Counted from the stretch's first letter, positions 38,736-49,118 are shown. The stretch: 64,000 nucleotides of DNA from a virus (IMGVR_UViG_3300010346_001007:55435-119434); one strand, 5' to 3'. The notes: generated by a model from the sequence alone, not told the origin. Numbers and translations are program-made.

Positions 38736-39008
38736 ATGGATTATACACCTAAACCAGTACGACGCCCGGCACCCCCGCCGCCAACATACGAACTAAAAAA
38801 GGACGTAACGGGGACCCCTCCCCAGCGGGGTCCTCATTTCTTGACTATTACGAGGTATGATGAGGAAGGAAAGAAAACAATGGCAAAATTAAAGGTGTCT
38901 CGTAAACCAAAAGCCAATTGTAAAAAGTGCTATGGTCAAGGATATGTTGGATTTATAGATGGGCAAGTTGTTCTGTGTCCTAAATGTTATTTTACACCGA
39001 AAAATTAG
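38736..39008 (+). CDS. Small zinc-finger protein
   Basis: CKKCYG.GY.G...CPKC. Confidence 0.6.
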   Translation: MDYTPKPVRRPAPPPPTYELKKDVTGTPPQRGPHFLTITRYDEEGKKTMAKLKVSRKPKANCKKCYGQGYVGFIDGQVVLCPKCYFTPKN

Positions 39009-39009
39009 T

Positions 39010-39543
39010 ATGAATAAGATATACGAAAAACATTTAATAAAGAAATATCCCAAGATGTTTCGAAATATGTATGCCTCAAATTCTCGCATGATATATGGGT
39101 GCGAAATTGAAGATGGATGGTTTAATATATTATATGCTTTGTGTGAAAGTATTCAATCATATTTAGGCCAAATACAAAATTCTATAAAACATAAAATTAT
39201 AGATCCGAAAACAAAAGTGCCCGAGTTTGCGTTTTTACAAATTAAAGAAAAGTTGGGAGAATTGCGAATTTATTTTTCGGATGGGGACGAATATATTCGT
39301 GGAAAAGTTTCAATGGCGGCTGCAATGTCTCGATATGTTTGCGAATATTGTGGCGTTTCAACATTAGAAGTTGCTCAATCTAAAGATTGGATTAAAACTC
39401 TTTGTCCTCGATGTGCTAAGAAAAATAAGAAAGAAATTGTTGTAAACAAAGAGTTGAGTAATTTAAAGAAAAAGGTAGAAAAGTATGACAGTAAAATAAA
39501 ATCTAAATCACGTTCAAAAAAAAAAATAAAATTAAAATTTTGA
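39010..39543 (+). CDS. Conserved hypothetical phage protein
   Basis: DGW..I...L, QIKEKLGELRIY and CEYCG...TLC..C. Confidence 0.7.
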   Translation: MNKIYEKHLIKKYPKMFRNMYASNSRMIYGCEIEDGWFNILYALCESIQSYLGQIQNSIKHKIIDPKTKVPEFAFLQIKEKLGELRIYFSDGDEYIRGKVSMAAAMSRYVCEYCGVSTLEVAQSKDWIKTLCPRCAKKNKKEIVVNKELSNLKKKVEKYDSKIKSKSRSKKKIKLKF

Positions 39544-39569
39544 ATATCGAGGGTCATATTTAAATATGA

Positions 39570-40004
39570 ATGATTGGAAAATTAAAACCATTTAGCAAGT
39601 CGCTTCATAGGAGTAATGATCCTAAGAGCCGAAAAGTTGTTAAAGAATATCTGAAACAACGAGGCATTGAAGTAGAAGATAACAAAGACAAATACGGAGT
39701 AGATTTAGTTGCTACAGATGGTTCTATGAAAATCGAAGTAGAACATCGTTCCGTATGGGATACAAAAATATTCCCCTTTGATACTGTAAATATTCCTGAA
39801 CGAAAGGGAAAATTTTTCAAGGAAAAGAGTGTATCCTATGCTATCTTATCAAAAGACTATTCTCGTATCGGTATGATTAAAGGAGAGGAATTAAAAAAAC
39901 ATCTGATAAGAGAAAACCTTTATATGAATCCCAATAAATATGTCAAAAAAGGCGAGTATTTTTATGCTGTGCCGTTGGAGGCATTTCAATGGGATAGTGT
40001 ATAA
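39570..40004 (+). CDS. PD-(D/E)xK-like nuclease
   Basis: YGVDLV...IEVE.R, IPERK.K. Confidence 0.55.
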   Translation: MIGKLKPFSKSLHRSNDPKSRKVVKEYLKQRGIEVEDNKDKYGVDLVATDGSMKIEVEHRSVWDTKIFPFDTVNIPERKGKFFKEKSVSYAILSKDYSRIGMIKGEELKKHLIRENLYMNPNKYVKKGEYFYAVPLEAFQWDSV

Positions 40005-40028
40005 TAAACAATACAATTAATAAGTTAT

Positions 40029-40757
40029 ATGAAACGTGCGCTGTTAAAACTAATTGGACATAGATATGATGAACGGTTTAAGTGGGGAGAATTTTATTGG
40101 CATCCCCGACCTTCGGAATGGAAATTATCTTTAAGGTTAACATCTCGATATAGTGAATTAGATGATATGCTAATTTTAAGTCCATTTATTTTTACAGCGT
40201 ACGTTTTTTTACCAAGTAAAATATGTTGTAAAAAACCGAATAAAGGGGATTGGCATGGGAAGGCGTATGGATTTTATGTTTATACATCAATAAGAAATTT
40301 TTTCGCCTTAGTTCTTCTATGGGGCGATAAAATAAAACATATTGAAATGCCGTGGACATATGATTGGTATTCAAAGGAAATTTTAGATGATCAACATAAT
40401 GTTGTTTATTATGAAGATCGAAAAATGAGAAGAAATAATGCCCGTGAACTATGGAAAAAATATGAAGAAATTGCAAATAAGTATAAAAAGATATATGATT
40501 ATACTTATGTAAAGAAAAATGGAGAAGTGCAACGTCGAGAGGCTGAGGTTTTTATTGAACGTATGACCTGGGCAAGACGATGGATTCCATTTAAAAAGTG
40601 TTCATCGACCGTGTTAAAAATTTCTTTCGACAAAGAGATTGGCGAAAAGGCGGGCACATATGAGGGGGGAGTAACAGGATGCAACTATAAAATTCACGAC
40701 GGAGAATCCCCTATACAAGCATTGCGGAGAATGCAGAAGGAACAAATATTTGATTAA
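40029..40757 (+). CDS. Hypothetical protein, paralog A
   Basis: Shares WGEFYWH, SPFIFT and MPW with the next ORF. Confidence 0.65.
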   Translation: MKRALLKLIGHRYDERFKWGEFYWHPRPSEWKLSLRLTSRYSELDDMLILSPFIFTAYVFLPSKICCKKPNKGDWHGKAYGFYVYTSIRNFFALVLLWGDKIKHIEMPWTYDWYSKEILDDQHNVVYYEDRKMRRNNARELWKKYEEIANKYKKIYDYTYVKKNGEVQRREAEVFIERMTWARRWIPFKKCSSTVLKISFDKEIGEKAGTYEGGVTGCNYKIHDGESPIQALRRMQKEQIFD

Positions 40758-40763
40758 TTTCTA

Positions 40764-41102
40764 GTGAGACGTAAGCTATTAAAAATTTTCGGATATAAGG
40801 GTGATAATGTATTTACGTGGGGAGAATTTTACTGGCACGTTAATCCTTTTAGATGGCAATTGACATTAAAATTAACAAAACAATATGGTAAATTTAATGA
40901 TTTATTAACTATCAGTCCATTTATTTTTACAATTTATATTTCGTTGCCAAGTCAAATATGTCCGCCTAAAAATATAAGGTTTCCGTGGGAAGAAAAATCT
41001 TATGGATTTTATATCTATGAATCTTTAAAAAATTTTCATAACATAAATTTATTATGGGGGAAAAAACGTAAACGTATTAATATGCCGTGGTATAAAAAAT
41101 GA
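40764..41102 (+). CDS. Hypothetical protein, truncated paralog B
   Basis: Corresponds to the N-terminal half of 40029-40757. Confidence 0.6.
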   Translation: MRRKLLKIFGYKGDNVFTWGEFYWHVNPFRWQLTLKLTKQYGKFNDLLTISPFIFTIYISLPSQICPPKNIRFPWEEKSYGFYIYESLKNFHNINLLWGKKRKRINMPWYKK

Positions 41103-41155
41103 GTATTTATCATTTTTCTTGACAAAATAGATAAGGTGTGTATAATAGATGTAGT

Positions 41156-41404
41156 ATGAAATATATATGTCCATCTTGTAAAGAAAACTTACATTCAAGT
41201 TGTGATAAAACATTTAACAGTGCTTCAAAGTGTGAATGTAGTTGTGGAGGGAATGCTTCGATAGAATATGATAAAAAAATTACTATTGAATATCAAGTTA
41301 TGAGAAGAAGGGCAAAAAAAGAAGCTGAGTCATATAGAAGATTAAGAAAAGAAATTAAGAAAGGGCGAATTGGACCTAGAAATTTGAATATTAAAAATAA
41401 TTAG
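41156..41404 (+). CDS. Small Cys-rich protein
   Basis: C..C....H..C...C.C.C; promoter at 41119-41146. Confidence 0.55.
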   Translation: MKYICPSCKENLHSSCDKTFNSASKCECSCGGNASIEYDKKITIEYQVMRRRAKKEAESYRRLRKEIKKGRIGPRNLNIKNN

Positions 41405-41406
41405 TT

Positions 41407-41961
41407 ATGTGTTATCTTTCGAAACTTAAATTTTCATTTGAATCTAAATATAATGGTTTGGAAAATAAAAAGAATGTTTCTTTATATTTTAAACCATTAC
41501 TCGAATCTAATTTTTATAAATTACAAGAAGAATTAAATAATTCTAAAAATAGTAGTTATGAACCGGGTTTAAGAAGAATACTAAACTTGAAGGCTCCTGC
41601 AAAGGAATTGGAGAGAATATGTGATGCAATTTGCCCTCGCACTTCAGAACTCATTGAATTTAAAAAGGGAAAATTTTGGGTTGATACTGTGAGACTTTCA
41701 GAACAATATTTAAAGTCTCCGTTTCAAGAAGTTTCATGGATACATTTTGATGTTAGTAAACCCCAAAAACGATTAAATAGTATTATATATTTTAAATTAA
41801 GTAAGCTTATTGAAATGATCGGGATAACTAAAGAATTGGCATATATTCATATTGATTGGTATAATCAATCTAAAAAAAATGGATTTTGTAATAATAATCA
41901 ATTGTCAATTAAAGTATCTCAGTTAAATGAAATCGCAGAATTCAAAATTGAACGCCCTTAG
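41407..41961 (+). CDS. Possible PD-(D/E)xK nuclease upstream of two methyltransferases
   Basis: E.....CDAI....LIEFKKG. Confidence 0.4.
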   Translation: MCYLSKLKFSFESKYNGLENKKNVSLYFKPLLESNFYKLQEELNNSKNSSYEPGLRRILNLKAPAKELERICDAICPRTSELIEFKKGKFWVDTVRLSEQYLKSPFQEVSWIHFDVSKPQKRLNSIIYFKLSKLIEMIGITKELAYIHIDWYNQSKKNGFCNNNQLSIKVSQLNEIAEFKIERP

Positions 41962-41975
41962 TATGTTAAACAAAT

Positions 41976-42749
41976 ATGAGTCGAATATGTTTAATTAATA
42001 AAGATATTTTAAAAGCTAAAATTCCCAAGAAATTTTTACCAATAAATCTTTGTGTTACTTCACCCCCATATAATCTTGATATAGAATATGAAAATCATAA
42101 AGATAATATAAAATATGATACATATCTTAAATGGAGTGAGCAATGGATGAAAAGAGTATTTAAATGGATGGCCGATGATGGCCGTGTATGTATTAATGTT
42201 CCATTTAAAATTACCCCTCCATATGATAAAAAAAATAATTATTCTGTTTCTGCCGATTTTATTGCTTTAATGAAAAAGGTGGGATTTAAATTTTTTAATC
42301 AATTAACATGGGATAAAGGAAATAAAGCAGGAGATACATGTTGGGGAAGTTTTGATTCGGCTTCTTCGCCATTTATTCGGGATCCGGCTGAAAGTATAAT
42401 TATATTTTATAAAGGAAATCAATGGAAACGGTTGGAACCTGATCCAGGAAAAAAGAAATCTAGTAAATTTAGAAAAAATGAATTTGTTACTCTAACACAG
42501 AATGTATGGAAATTTGGAGCCGAAAGAAAGAAAAATGTGGGTGGACATCCTTCGGCCTTTCCTATCGATTTACCCACTCGTTGTATTCGTCTTTTTTCGT
42601 ATAAAACCGATATAGTACTAGATATTTTTATGGGTGCTGGTACTACCGGACATGCTGCTGTAAATGAAGGAAGAAAATATGTCGGAATAGAAATAAGTCC
42701 GCAATATTTTGAATTTGCTAAAAATCGAATTATTAAAGCAAAATTATGA
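41976..42749 (+). CDS. DNA methyltransferase, N4C/N6A beta class (paralog of 27033-27854)
   Basis: TSPPYN, CWGS..SA..PF..DP, HPSAFP and D.FMG.GTTG. Confidence 0.92.
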   Translation: MSRICLINKDILKAKIPKKFLPINLCVTSPPYNLDIEYENHKDNIKYDTYLKWSEQWMKRVFKWMADDGRVCINVPFKITPPYDKKNNYSVSADFIALMKKVGFKFFNQLTWDKGNKAGDTCWGSFDSASSPFIRDPAESIIIFYKGNQWKRLEPDPGKKKSSKFRKNEFVTLTQNVWKFGAERKKNVGGHPSAFPIDLPTRCIRLFSYKTDIVLDIFMGAGTTGHAAVNEGRKYVGIEISPQYFEFAKNRIIKAKL

Positions 42750-43672
42750 TAAATAATCCTTTACCCCGAATAGATGACAATCTGGAATTACGAGCCAAGC
42801 TTTTACCTTTTTGTCGATTAAGAAATGGGGAAACTTGGAATGACCCGGAAGGAAAACATAAAGTATCCTGTATAAATGTTACGGACTCAAATTCTGTATC
42901 TGAATTAATGAATGGTGCTAAGGCTGATTGTGCCATACATGATCCTCCATATAATTTAATTTTGTTTATGAAGTTAACTCTTGAGGACTATATAAATTGG
43001 AGTAGAATATGGGTTCAAAATAGTATAGAATGTTTAAAAGATGATAGTTCTTTTTATGTATGGTTGGGGGCCGATCAAAAAGATGGATTTAAACCGTTAC
43101 CAGATTTTATGTTAATGATGCGAGAATTTCCATTGACATCTCGGAGTTTTATTACTATGAGAAATCAACGAGGATATGGCACTCAAAAAAATTGGATGGC
43201 AGTACGACAAGAATTATTATATTACATTAAAGGAAATCCATATTTTGATGTTAATGCGGAATATACTGATATACCTAAAATACTTAGGGGATATTATAAA
43301 AAAGTAGGAGATAAAATAACTGATAATTTAGAACGAGGAAAGTCAGAAAACATAAGGGCCGGAAATGTTTGGGTAGATATTCAACAAGTATTTTATCGTA
43401 TGGAAGAAAACGTATCAGGTTGTTATGCTCAAAAACCATTAAAATGTATAGAAAGAATTATACGGGCCAGTTCACCTATTGATGGATTAGTTATTGATTT
43501 TTTCTCTCATTCTGGTACTACTCTTTTAGCCGCAGAAATAAATCAACGGCGATGCTTTACGGCTGATGTCGACCCCATATTTTGTGAAATTACAATTCGT
43601 CGATTGGAAAATTATCGCAAAAATAAAAAGTTGGGATGGCAAAATGGGAATCCATTCAATATTACTATATAA
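42746..43672 (+). CDS. DNA adenine methyltransferase, beta class
   Basis: HDPPYN, AQKP and DFFSHSGTT. Confidence 0.9.
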   Translation: MINNPLPRIDDNLELRAKLLPFCRLRNGETWNDPEGKHKVSCINVTDSNSVSELMNGAKADCAIHDPPYNLILFMKLTLEDYINWSRIWVQNSIECLKDDSSFYVWLGADQKDGFKPLPDFMLMMREFPLTSRSFITMRNQRGYGTQKNWMAVRQELLYYIKGNPYFDVNAEYTDIPKILRGYYKKVGDKITDNLERGKSENIRAGNVWVDIQQVFYRMEENVSGCYAQKPLKCIERIIRASSPIDGLVIDFFSHSGTTLLAAEINQRRCFTADVDPIFCEITIRRLENYRKNKKLGWQNGNPFNITI

Positions 43673-43741
43673 ACTATTGAATCGGTTTGAAATTAAATTA
43701 GGCTTGACAATTTTTCATCCATGTATATAATGGGGGTCAGA

Positions 43742-43948
43742 ATGAATAAAAAATCTGACATAGTAAAAGAACTAGAGCTAGTAACTCAAACATTCCTGGA
43801 ATTGAGCCAAGAATTGAAACGAGAGGCTAAACGATTAGATCGGCAATCCAATATCATAATTAAAATGGTATGGGCATTCATTATATTCCTGTTTAGTATA
43901 TTTTTTTTCATTGTAGGAATAGGAGTGTATAATTCATTTATAAAATAA
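43742..43948 (+). CDS. Small membrane protein
   Basis: C-terminal hydrophobic helix; promoter at 43704-43731. Confidence 0.55.
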   Translation: MNKKSDIVKELELVTQTFLELSQELKREAKRLDRQSNIIIKMVWAFIIFLFSIFFFIVGIGVYNSFIK

Positions 43949-43953
43949 AATAT

Positions 43954-44109
43954 ATGGACGACATGGATAAAATGCGAAAAAGTTTTGGGCGAATGTTTAA
44001 AATAACTTTTGGAGTTATAATATCTATAATCATAGTTAAATTGTTTATAGTAATACTAATTGCATTGGGAGCATACGAGTTGTTTCAAAAATTGATGTCT
44101 TCAATGTAA
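43954..44109 (+). CDS. Small membrane protein (51 aa)
   Basis: Translated by hand: MDDMDKMRKSFGRMFKITFGVIISIIIVKLFIVILIAL... Confidence 0.5.
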   Translation: MDDMDKMRKSFGRMFKITFGVIISIIIVKLFIVILIALGAYELFQKLMSSM

Positions 44110-44111
44110 AT

Positions 44112-44417
44112 ATGCATAATCCGGACGTATCTCTTTCTGATAGTCAACGACTAGATTTAATATATCATGCCATTCCGGAGTGGGTTCACCGAAGATTTCC
44201 CGGCTGCACAATGGAAATTAAAATACAAAAGGCTTTTGAGCATATGCAACAAACATATACTGATTCCATTTTGCGAGAAGTAAATTCCCATTCTCGTACC
44301 CGAGAGTTTTTGGCATGGACAATTAAACAAAATGAAGATGAATACTGGAATGTCTATTGGAAATACTTGATGACCAAGGGTTTACCTGAAAATCCCGAAA
44401 ATAAAAAGGGTGATTGA
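44112..44417 (+). CDS. Hypothetical protein
   Basis: 101-aa ORF. Confidence 0.55.
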   Translation: MHNPDVSLSDSQRLDLIYHAIPEWVHRRFPGCTMEIKIQKAFEHMQQTYTDSILREVNSHSRTREFLAWTIKQNEDEYWNVYWKYLMTKGLPENPENKKGD

Positions 44418-44464
44418 CATTTTCTCTGGAATCCGTATAATGTCAGCAACAATTAAAAAACGCT

Positions 44465-46774
44465 ATGATACCAAACGAAGTAACACAAAACGTAGAGTCC
44501 ATTGGGACAATTCAAACAGTTGGTAAATTTACCATCACGGACAAGACACAGGCCCGAATTCTGGTGTCATTGTCTGATAAAATGTACACTCTCAAGCAAT
44601 TGGCGGCTATACGTGAGTATTCGACAAATGCCGCCGATGCTCATGCAGTAGTAGGTAAACCCGTTTCAGATATTATTGTTACCTTGCCCACAATGGAGGA
44701 CTTAAACTTTAGTGTGAGGGATTTTGGAACGGGTCTGACCGAAGAACAAATCCGTGATATTTATTGCGTGTTTGGAGAATCCACCAAGAGAAATTCAAAT
44801 GCGTTTAACGGATTGTTGGGATATGGTTGTAAAGCAGGATTTGCAGTTTCGGATTCGTTTACTGTTACTTCATGGATAAATGGAGAAAAATCTATTTATC
44901 ATTGTATTAAAGGAGATTCGGAAAAGTTGCATTCGGCTGTTCTATTGTCTCGTCAAAAATCGGATGAGCCAGTAGGAATTAAAGTAACCATTCCTGTTAA
45001 AGTTGATGATATTAGGACATTTCACCAATCTGCCGTTGATTTTTATAAGTATTGGGAAGAACTTCCTACATTTGAAAATATGTCGGACAATGATTTTGAG
45101 GAATGTTCTAACTATCGTGCTGTTAGCAATATATTCCTTGCGGGAAATGGGTGGGAGATTCGTGAAAACGAATTCCGTTCGCCTAGAGGCGTCGCTTATA
45201 TGGGGTATGTCCCTTATAGAATCGATTGGAATGTTCTATTTCATAAAATTTCATTGGATGCAAGTACTCGGGCAATTTATGAATTGATTCAAAGTAAAGA
45301 TGTAATTTTTTATTTTAATATGGGAGAAGTCAATTTTGTTGATTCCCGAGAAAATCTTGAATATACTGATTTAACTATCAAATCATTGCAAAATCGTATT
45401 TATCGTATTTTTAATGAGATTAAAACCATTATTCAGGAAAAATTTGATGAAATGCCCGATTTGTGGGAAGCAATGCAATTGTACAATGCTCTATTTAATC
45501 CTTCGGCAAAAGTAGAAACCGTTAATAAATTCAAAAATAAATTTAGTTCTTTTATTTCAAATTTGCGTGATATTGAAAACGCATTGCATGGGAAAATTAC
45601 ATGGAGGGGCATTCCGATAAAAGGGTGGAGGTTTGAACAAATCAATCGTTTTGACAATGACACCGGAAGTGATATTAATTCAGTCTTACACACTCCTGTT
45701 ACACCAGTAGTATATTCATATTGGAAAGAACATGATCGAGCAAAACGATATGTTTCTCAATCAATTACAGCTTCCCAAGAATATATAATCATTGAAAATG
45801 ATATAAAGGGTCGGCAACATCCGGCAACAATTGCCCGATACTATCTTTTTTCTGGCTTCAATGTTAAAGGAGTGTTTGTACTTAACTTTACAAATAAAGC
45901 CACTCGAAAGGCATTTTTTAAAGAATACAATTTTGATTCGGTGCCAGTAATCAAGGCTTCAAAAGTGTATGAAATAGCTAAAAAATGGAACGATGATAAT
46001 AAAATGCCCGTCGTTCGTTCATCCCGAACTTATGTCAGAAGAATTAATGTATTAAATATAAATGAAGGCCGGGTAGATAACGTAACTACAACCGACGCCG
46101 AACTGGATAAGGGTGGACTTTATCTTGATGTATCACCTAGCCGCCAACGGAGATATTCAAGCCAGTATTCGGCAACTGTGGAATCGGCAGTTTCTCATTA
46201 TTATATTAATACATCATCGGTTGTGCGAGCCGTTAGAATGTTAAATAAAGAATTGGGATTAAATATTGAACGAATTTACTTGGTCACTCAAAAGCTACGA
46301 AAAGCAAAGTGGTTTGAAAATGTATTCAAAGCAGATAAATGGATTTTGTTGTGGGGACATTTTCGCACTAAATTAGATCAATTAAATTTTCAAATGTTGG
46401 CAGATACAGAAGGATTGAGCCATGCTTATTATATTTGTAAAACTGCCGAGAAATATCTAAAAATTAACATTAAAGATAAAAATAGTATATTATTCAAAAT
46501 TCTCGAATTAAATAAAATTAAAGAAAAAAACGAACTTCGGGAACTTCTTGAATCACTTCAAGACGTGCATCTTTGGGCTGAAATTTCTAATGCGGCAAAA
46601 GATAGTAATAGTACAAAATCAATAGTGGAAAAGGCCAAAGCGCAATATCCATTTATGGATTGGCATTTAATCAGTTCAGAATATTGTTCTAAGCCTGAGA
46701 CTCTTAAAAAGGTAGCTACGTACGTAAATGCTATGGACTTTTATAATTCGGAAATGGAAAAAGTGGCGGCATAA
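44465..46774 (+). CDS. rIIA: rIIA-like protein with GHKL ATPase domain
   Basis: LSD.MY.....IREYSTNA.DA, VRDFGTGL, STKRNSN...G.LG.G.K..FA.SD.F; adjacent to rIIB; promoter at 44414-44441. Confidence 0.9.
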   Translation: MIPNEVTQNVESIGTIQTVGKFTITDKTQARILVSLSDKMYTLKQLAAIREYSTNAADAHAVVGKPVSDIIVTLPTMEDLNFSVRDFGTGLTEEQIRDIYCVFGESTKRNSNAFNGLLGYGCKAGFAVSDSFTVTSWINGEKSIYHCIKGDSEKLHSAVLLSRQKSDEPVGIKVTIPVKVDDIRTFHQSAVDFYKYWEELPTFENMSDNDFEECSNYRAVSNIFLAGNGWEIRENEFRSPRGVAYMGYVPYRIDWNVLFHKISLDASTRAIYELIQSKDVIFYFNMGEVNFVDSRENLEYTDLTIKSLQNRIYRIFNEIKTIIQEKFDEMPDLWEAMQLYNALFNPSAKVETVNKFKNKFSSFISNLRDIENALHGKITWRGIPIKGWRFEQINRFDNDTGSDINSVLHTPVTPVVYSYWKEHDRAKRYVSQSITASQEYIIIENDIKGRQHPATIARYYLFSGFNVKGVFVLNFTNKATRKAFFKEYNFDSVPVIKASKVYEIAKKWNDDNKMPVVRSSRTYVRRINVLNINEGRVDNVTTTDAELDKGGLYLDVSPSRQRRYSSQYSATVESAVSHYYINTSSVVRAVRMLNKELGLNIERIYLVTQKLRKAKWFENVFKADKWILLWGHFRTKLDQLNFQMLADTEGLSHAYYICKTAEKYLKINIKDKNSILFKILELNKIKEKNELRELLESLQDVHLWAEISNAAKDSNSTKSIVEKAKAQYPFMDWHLISSEYCSKPETLKKVATYVNAMDFYNSEMEKVAA

Positions 46775-46821
46775 TAAAAAACAGTTGACAATTAATTCAA
46801 ATCAAGTACAATATAGACGTT

Positions 46822-48228
46822 ATGATTACAGCATCTCTCTTAACTAATGATAGCCTCGTCATTCAATTTGACGGAGGGGAACCACAGTACACCCGAAGCG
46901 ACAATCCACGATGGAACGAAATTGTGGAGGCTTTTCGCAAGGGAGACGAAAAAACTTTGAAATCCCTCATTTCAATGAAAGCAATCATTGAAAAATATAG
47001 CGTGGGACAGTTGACAGTTAATTCTGCGGGGGTTTTGTGGCGAGGGAAACCTTTGCACACCCTAGACGCCAAAAGAATTATGTTATATTTGCGTGATGGG
47101 CTTCCATTTAAACCCATTGCCAATTATATCGAGAGAAAGATGAAAAATCCATCGGCTCGTGCAATTAATGAAATGTATAATTTTCTGGAACATCGTCACA
47201 TGCCTCTGATGGCCGATGGGAGATTTATTGCATACAAGGGAGTTCAGGATGATTATTTTTCACTTCACGGAAATAAAGATACCGTTGTTATTTCAGGAGA
47301 GGTAAATGATAAAGGCCAAATTTATAATGGTATAGGGAGCGTAATTGAAGTAGAAAGGTCCTCCGTAGATGATGATTTCCGGATTGCTTGTGGACAAGGA
47401 CTTCATGCTGGATCTTTGAGATATGCTAAAGATTGGGGGAAACGAGTGGTATATGTAGCCATTGACCCGGCTGACGTTGTTTCGGTTCCTTCGGACTGTG
47501 ATTGCGAGAAACTTCGCTGTTGCAAATACGAAGTATTGGGAGAATATACGGGACCATTGCCAGACCATTATGTTTCTGACTTCGATAAAGTTGAAGAAGA
47601 TTCTAACGAAGATGGAGACGGCGAATCGCCGGGCGGAGATTCTCATACAAAAGTGGACGATGATGAATTTCCTGACGAATCGTGGATTAAGGGAGAAGTC
47701 CCGGAAGAATCGGTTAAAGAAGGGGAGAAAACTTTTTACAATGTTTCGCACATTGGTAAAAAAATAGTAACCCTTCTTTCTGAGGTTACAGATATTTTTG
47801 TGGGAGATATTAAAATTTCGGATGTAAATGTATGTGATATGAGGAATGGGGCAATAACATACGACGATCATCTTAACTTTATATTAAAAGTTGAAGAATT
47901 TTTCAAGATGGATTTCTCTCGGTCAGTTGCTCAAAATTTTTATAAGCGTCCGCTAAATTCTCTTATTGAAAAAGTTGAAGAATTTTATTATGGAAAAGTA
48001 GGATGTATAGTTATCGATTTAGACGCATATTATGAAGGTGTAGTCGTTGGGAGGAACGATAAAATAAAGAGCAACCCTACTATTTATATAACAGAAGATA
48101 GAGAAGTGGGGAATCGCCCCGCCACAATTCTTATATCGAAGGATATATACGGGGGTATTTTATTGAAAAATAGAATTTCTTCTGTAAGGAAGATGAGGCG
48201 TCGTTTCTTAGCGTTCTCGACGCCATAA
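46822..48228 (+). CDS. rIIB: rIIB-like protein with C-terminal acidic linker and ACP-like domain
   Basis: NPS.RA..E.Y.FL, DG.FIAYK.V..D, R..VDDD....C..GLH.GS..YA and IDPADVVSVP.D....KLRCCKY. Confidence 0.9.
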   Translation: MITASLLTNDSLVIQFDGGEPQYTRSDNPRWNEIVEAFRKGDEKTLKSLISMKAIIEKYSVGQLTVNSAGVLWRGKPLHTLDAKRIMLYLRDGLPFKPIANYIERKMKNPSARAINEMYNFLEHRHMPLMADGRFIAYKGVQDDYFSLHGNKDTVVISGEVNDKGQIYNGIGSVIEVERSSVDDDFRIACGQGLHAGSLRYAKDWGKRVVYVAIDPADVVSVPSDCDCEKLRCCKYEVLGEYTGPLPDHYVSDFDKVEEDSNEDGDGESPGGDSHTKVDDDEFPDESWIKGEVPEESVKEGEKTFYNVSHIGKKIVTLLSEVTDIFVGDIKISDVNVCDMRNGAITYDDHLNFILKVEEFFKMDFSRSVAQNFYKRPLNSLIEKVEEFYYGKVGCIVIDLDAYYEGVVVGRNDKIKSNPTIYITEDREVGNRPATILISKDIYGGILLKNRISSVRKMRRRFLAFSTP

Positions 48229-48231
48229 CCA

Positions 48232-48270
48232 GAGCCGGTGGGTATTCGGGTGCCTACCGGCTCATTTTTT
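48232..48270 (+). terminator. Rho-independent terminator
   Basis: gagccggtgggta...tgcctaccggctc followed by a T run. Confidence 0.75.
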
Positions 48271-48311
48271 AATCGTTGACATTAAAACAAAAGTAAGGTA
48301 TAATAAGTAAC

Positions 48312-49118
48312 ATGAAAAATACTCATTTAATTTGTATTGACCCACAAAATGATTTTTGTACTCGGGAAGGAACGGGCGGAGAAATTGGAAAGTTATATGT
48401 TGAAGGTGCAAACCAAGATATGGTAAGACTTGCCCAATTTATTCATAAAAATTCTCGGAGGATAAATCAAATTCACTGTACTTTAGATTCACACCAATGG
48501 ATTCATATTGCTCATCCGGCATTTTGGATTAATTCAGGTGGGCAAACCCCATTGCCCTTTACTCAAATCACAGATACAGATATTACCGAGGGTATATGGA
48601 TGGCTCGCAACCCCCGTCACCAAAAAATAGCGAAGGAATATGTCGACGAATTAAAAAAGAATGGTAAATATAATTTAACTATTTGGCCTCCGCATTGTTT
48701 AGTTGGCACATGGGGACATTCTCTTACAAGAGAAATTCAAAAAGCATTATATGAATGGGAAGCTGAATTTAATAGGGTTAATTTTGTATTGAAGGGGAAT
48801 AATATGTTTACTGAACATTATTCAGCTATAATTGCTGATGTTCCGGATGAAAACGATCCGAATACTCAACTTAATGTAGATTTAATCAATAAATTATCCG
48901 AAGCGGATGAAATTGTTATTGCGGGCGAAGCAAAGTCGCATTGTGTTGCTAATACGGTTCGTGATCTTGCAGATATTTTAGGAGATGACCGAGTTAAAAA
49001 GATGGTATTTCTTGAAGATACTTCGTCAAGTGTAAAAGGATTTGAAAAAGAGGGGCAATCTTTTATTACAGAAATGGTAGAACGAGGAATGAGTGTTATT
49101 TCCTCTACGGATTGGTAA
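48312..49118 (+). CDS. pncA: Nicotinamidase-like cysteine hydrolase (isochorismatase family)
   Basis: IDPQNDF, L.V.GA..D, DSH...H, WPPHC, KG and AGEAKSHCV; leaderless start after promoter 48276-48304. Confidence 0.8.
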   Translation: MKNTHLICIDPQNDFCTREGTGGEIGKLYVEGANQDMVRLAQFIHKNSRRINQIHCTLDSHQWIHIAHPAFWINSGGQTPLPFTQITDTDITEGIWMARNPRHQKIAKEYVDELKKNGKYNLTIWPPHCLVGTWGHSLTREIQKALYEWEAEFNRVNFVLKGNNMFTEHYSAIIADVPDENDPNTQLNVDLINKLSEADEIVIAGEAKSHCVANTVRDLADILGDDRVKKMVFLEDTSSSVKGFEKEGQSFITEMVERGMSVISSTDW

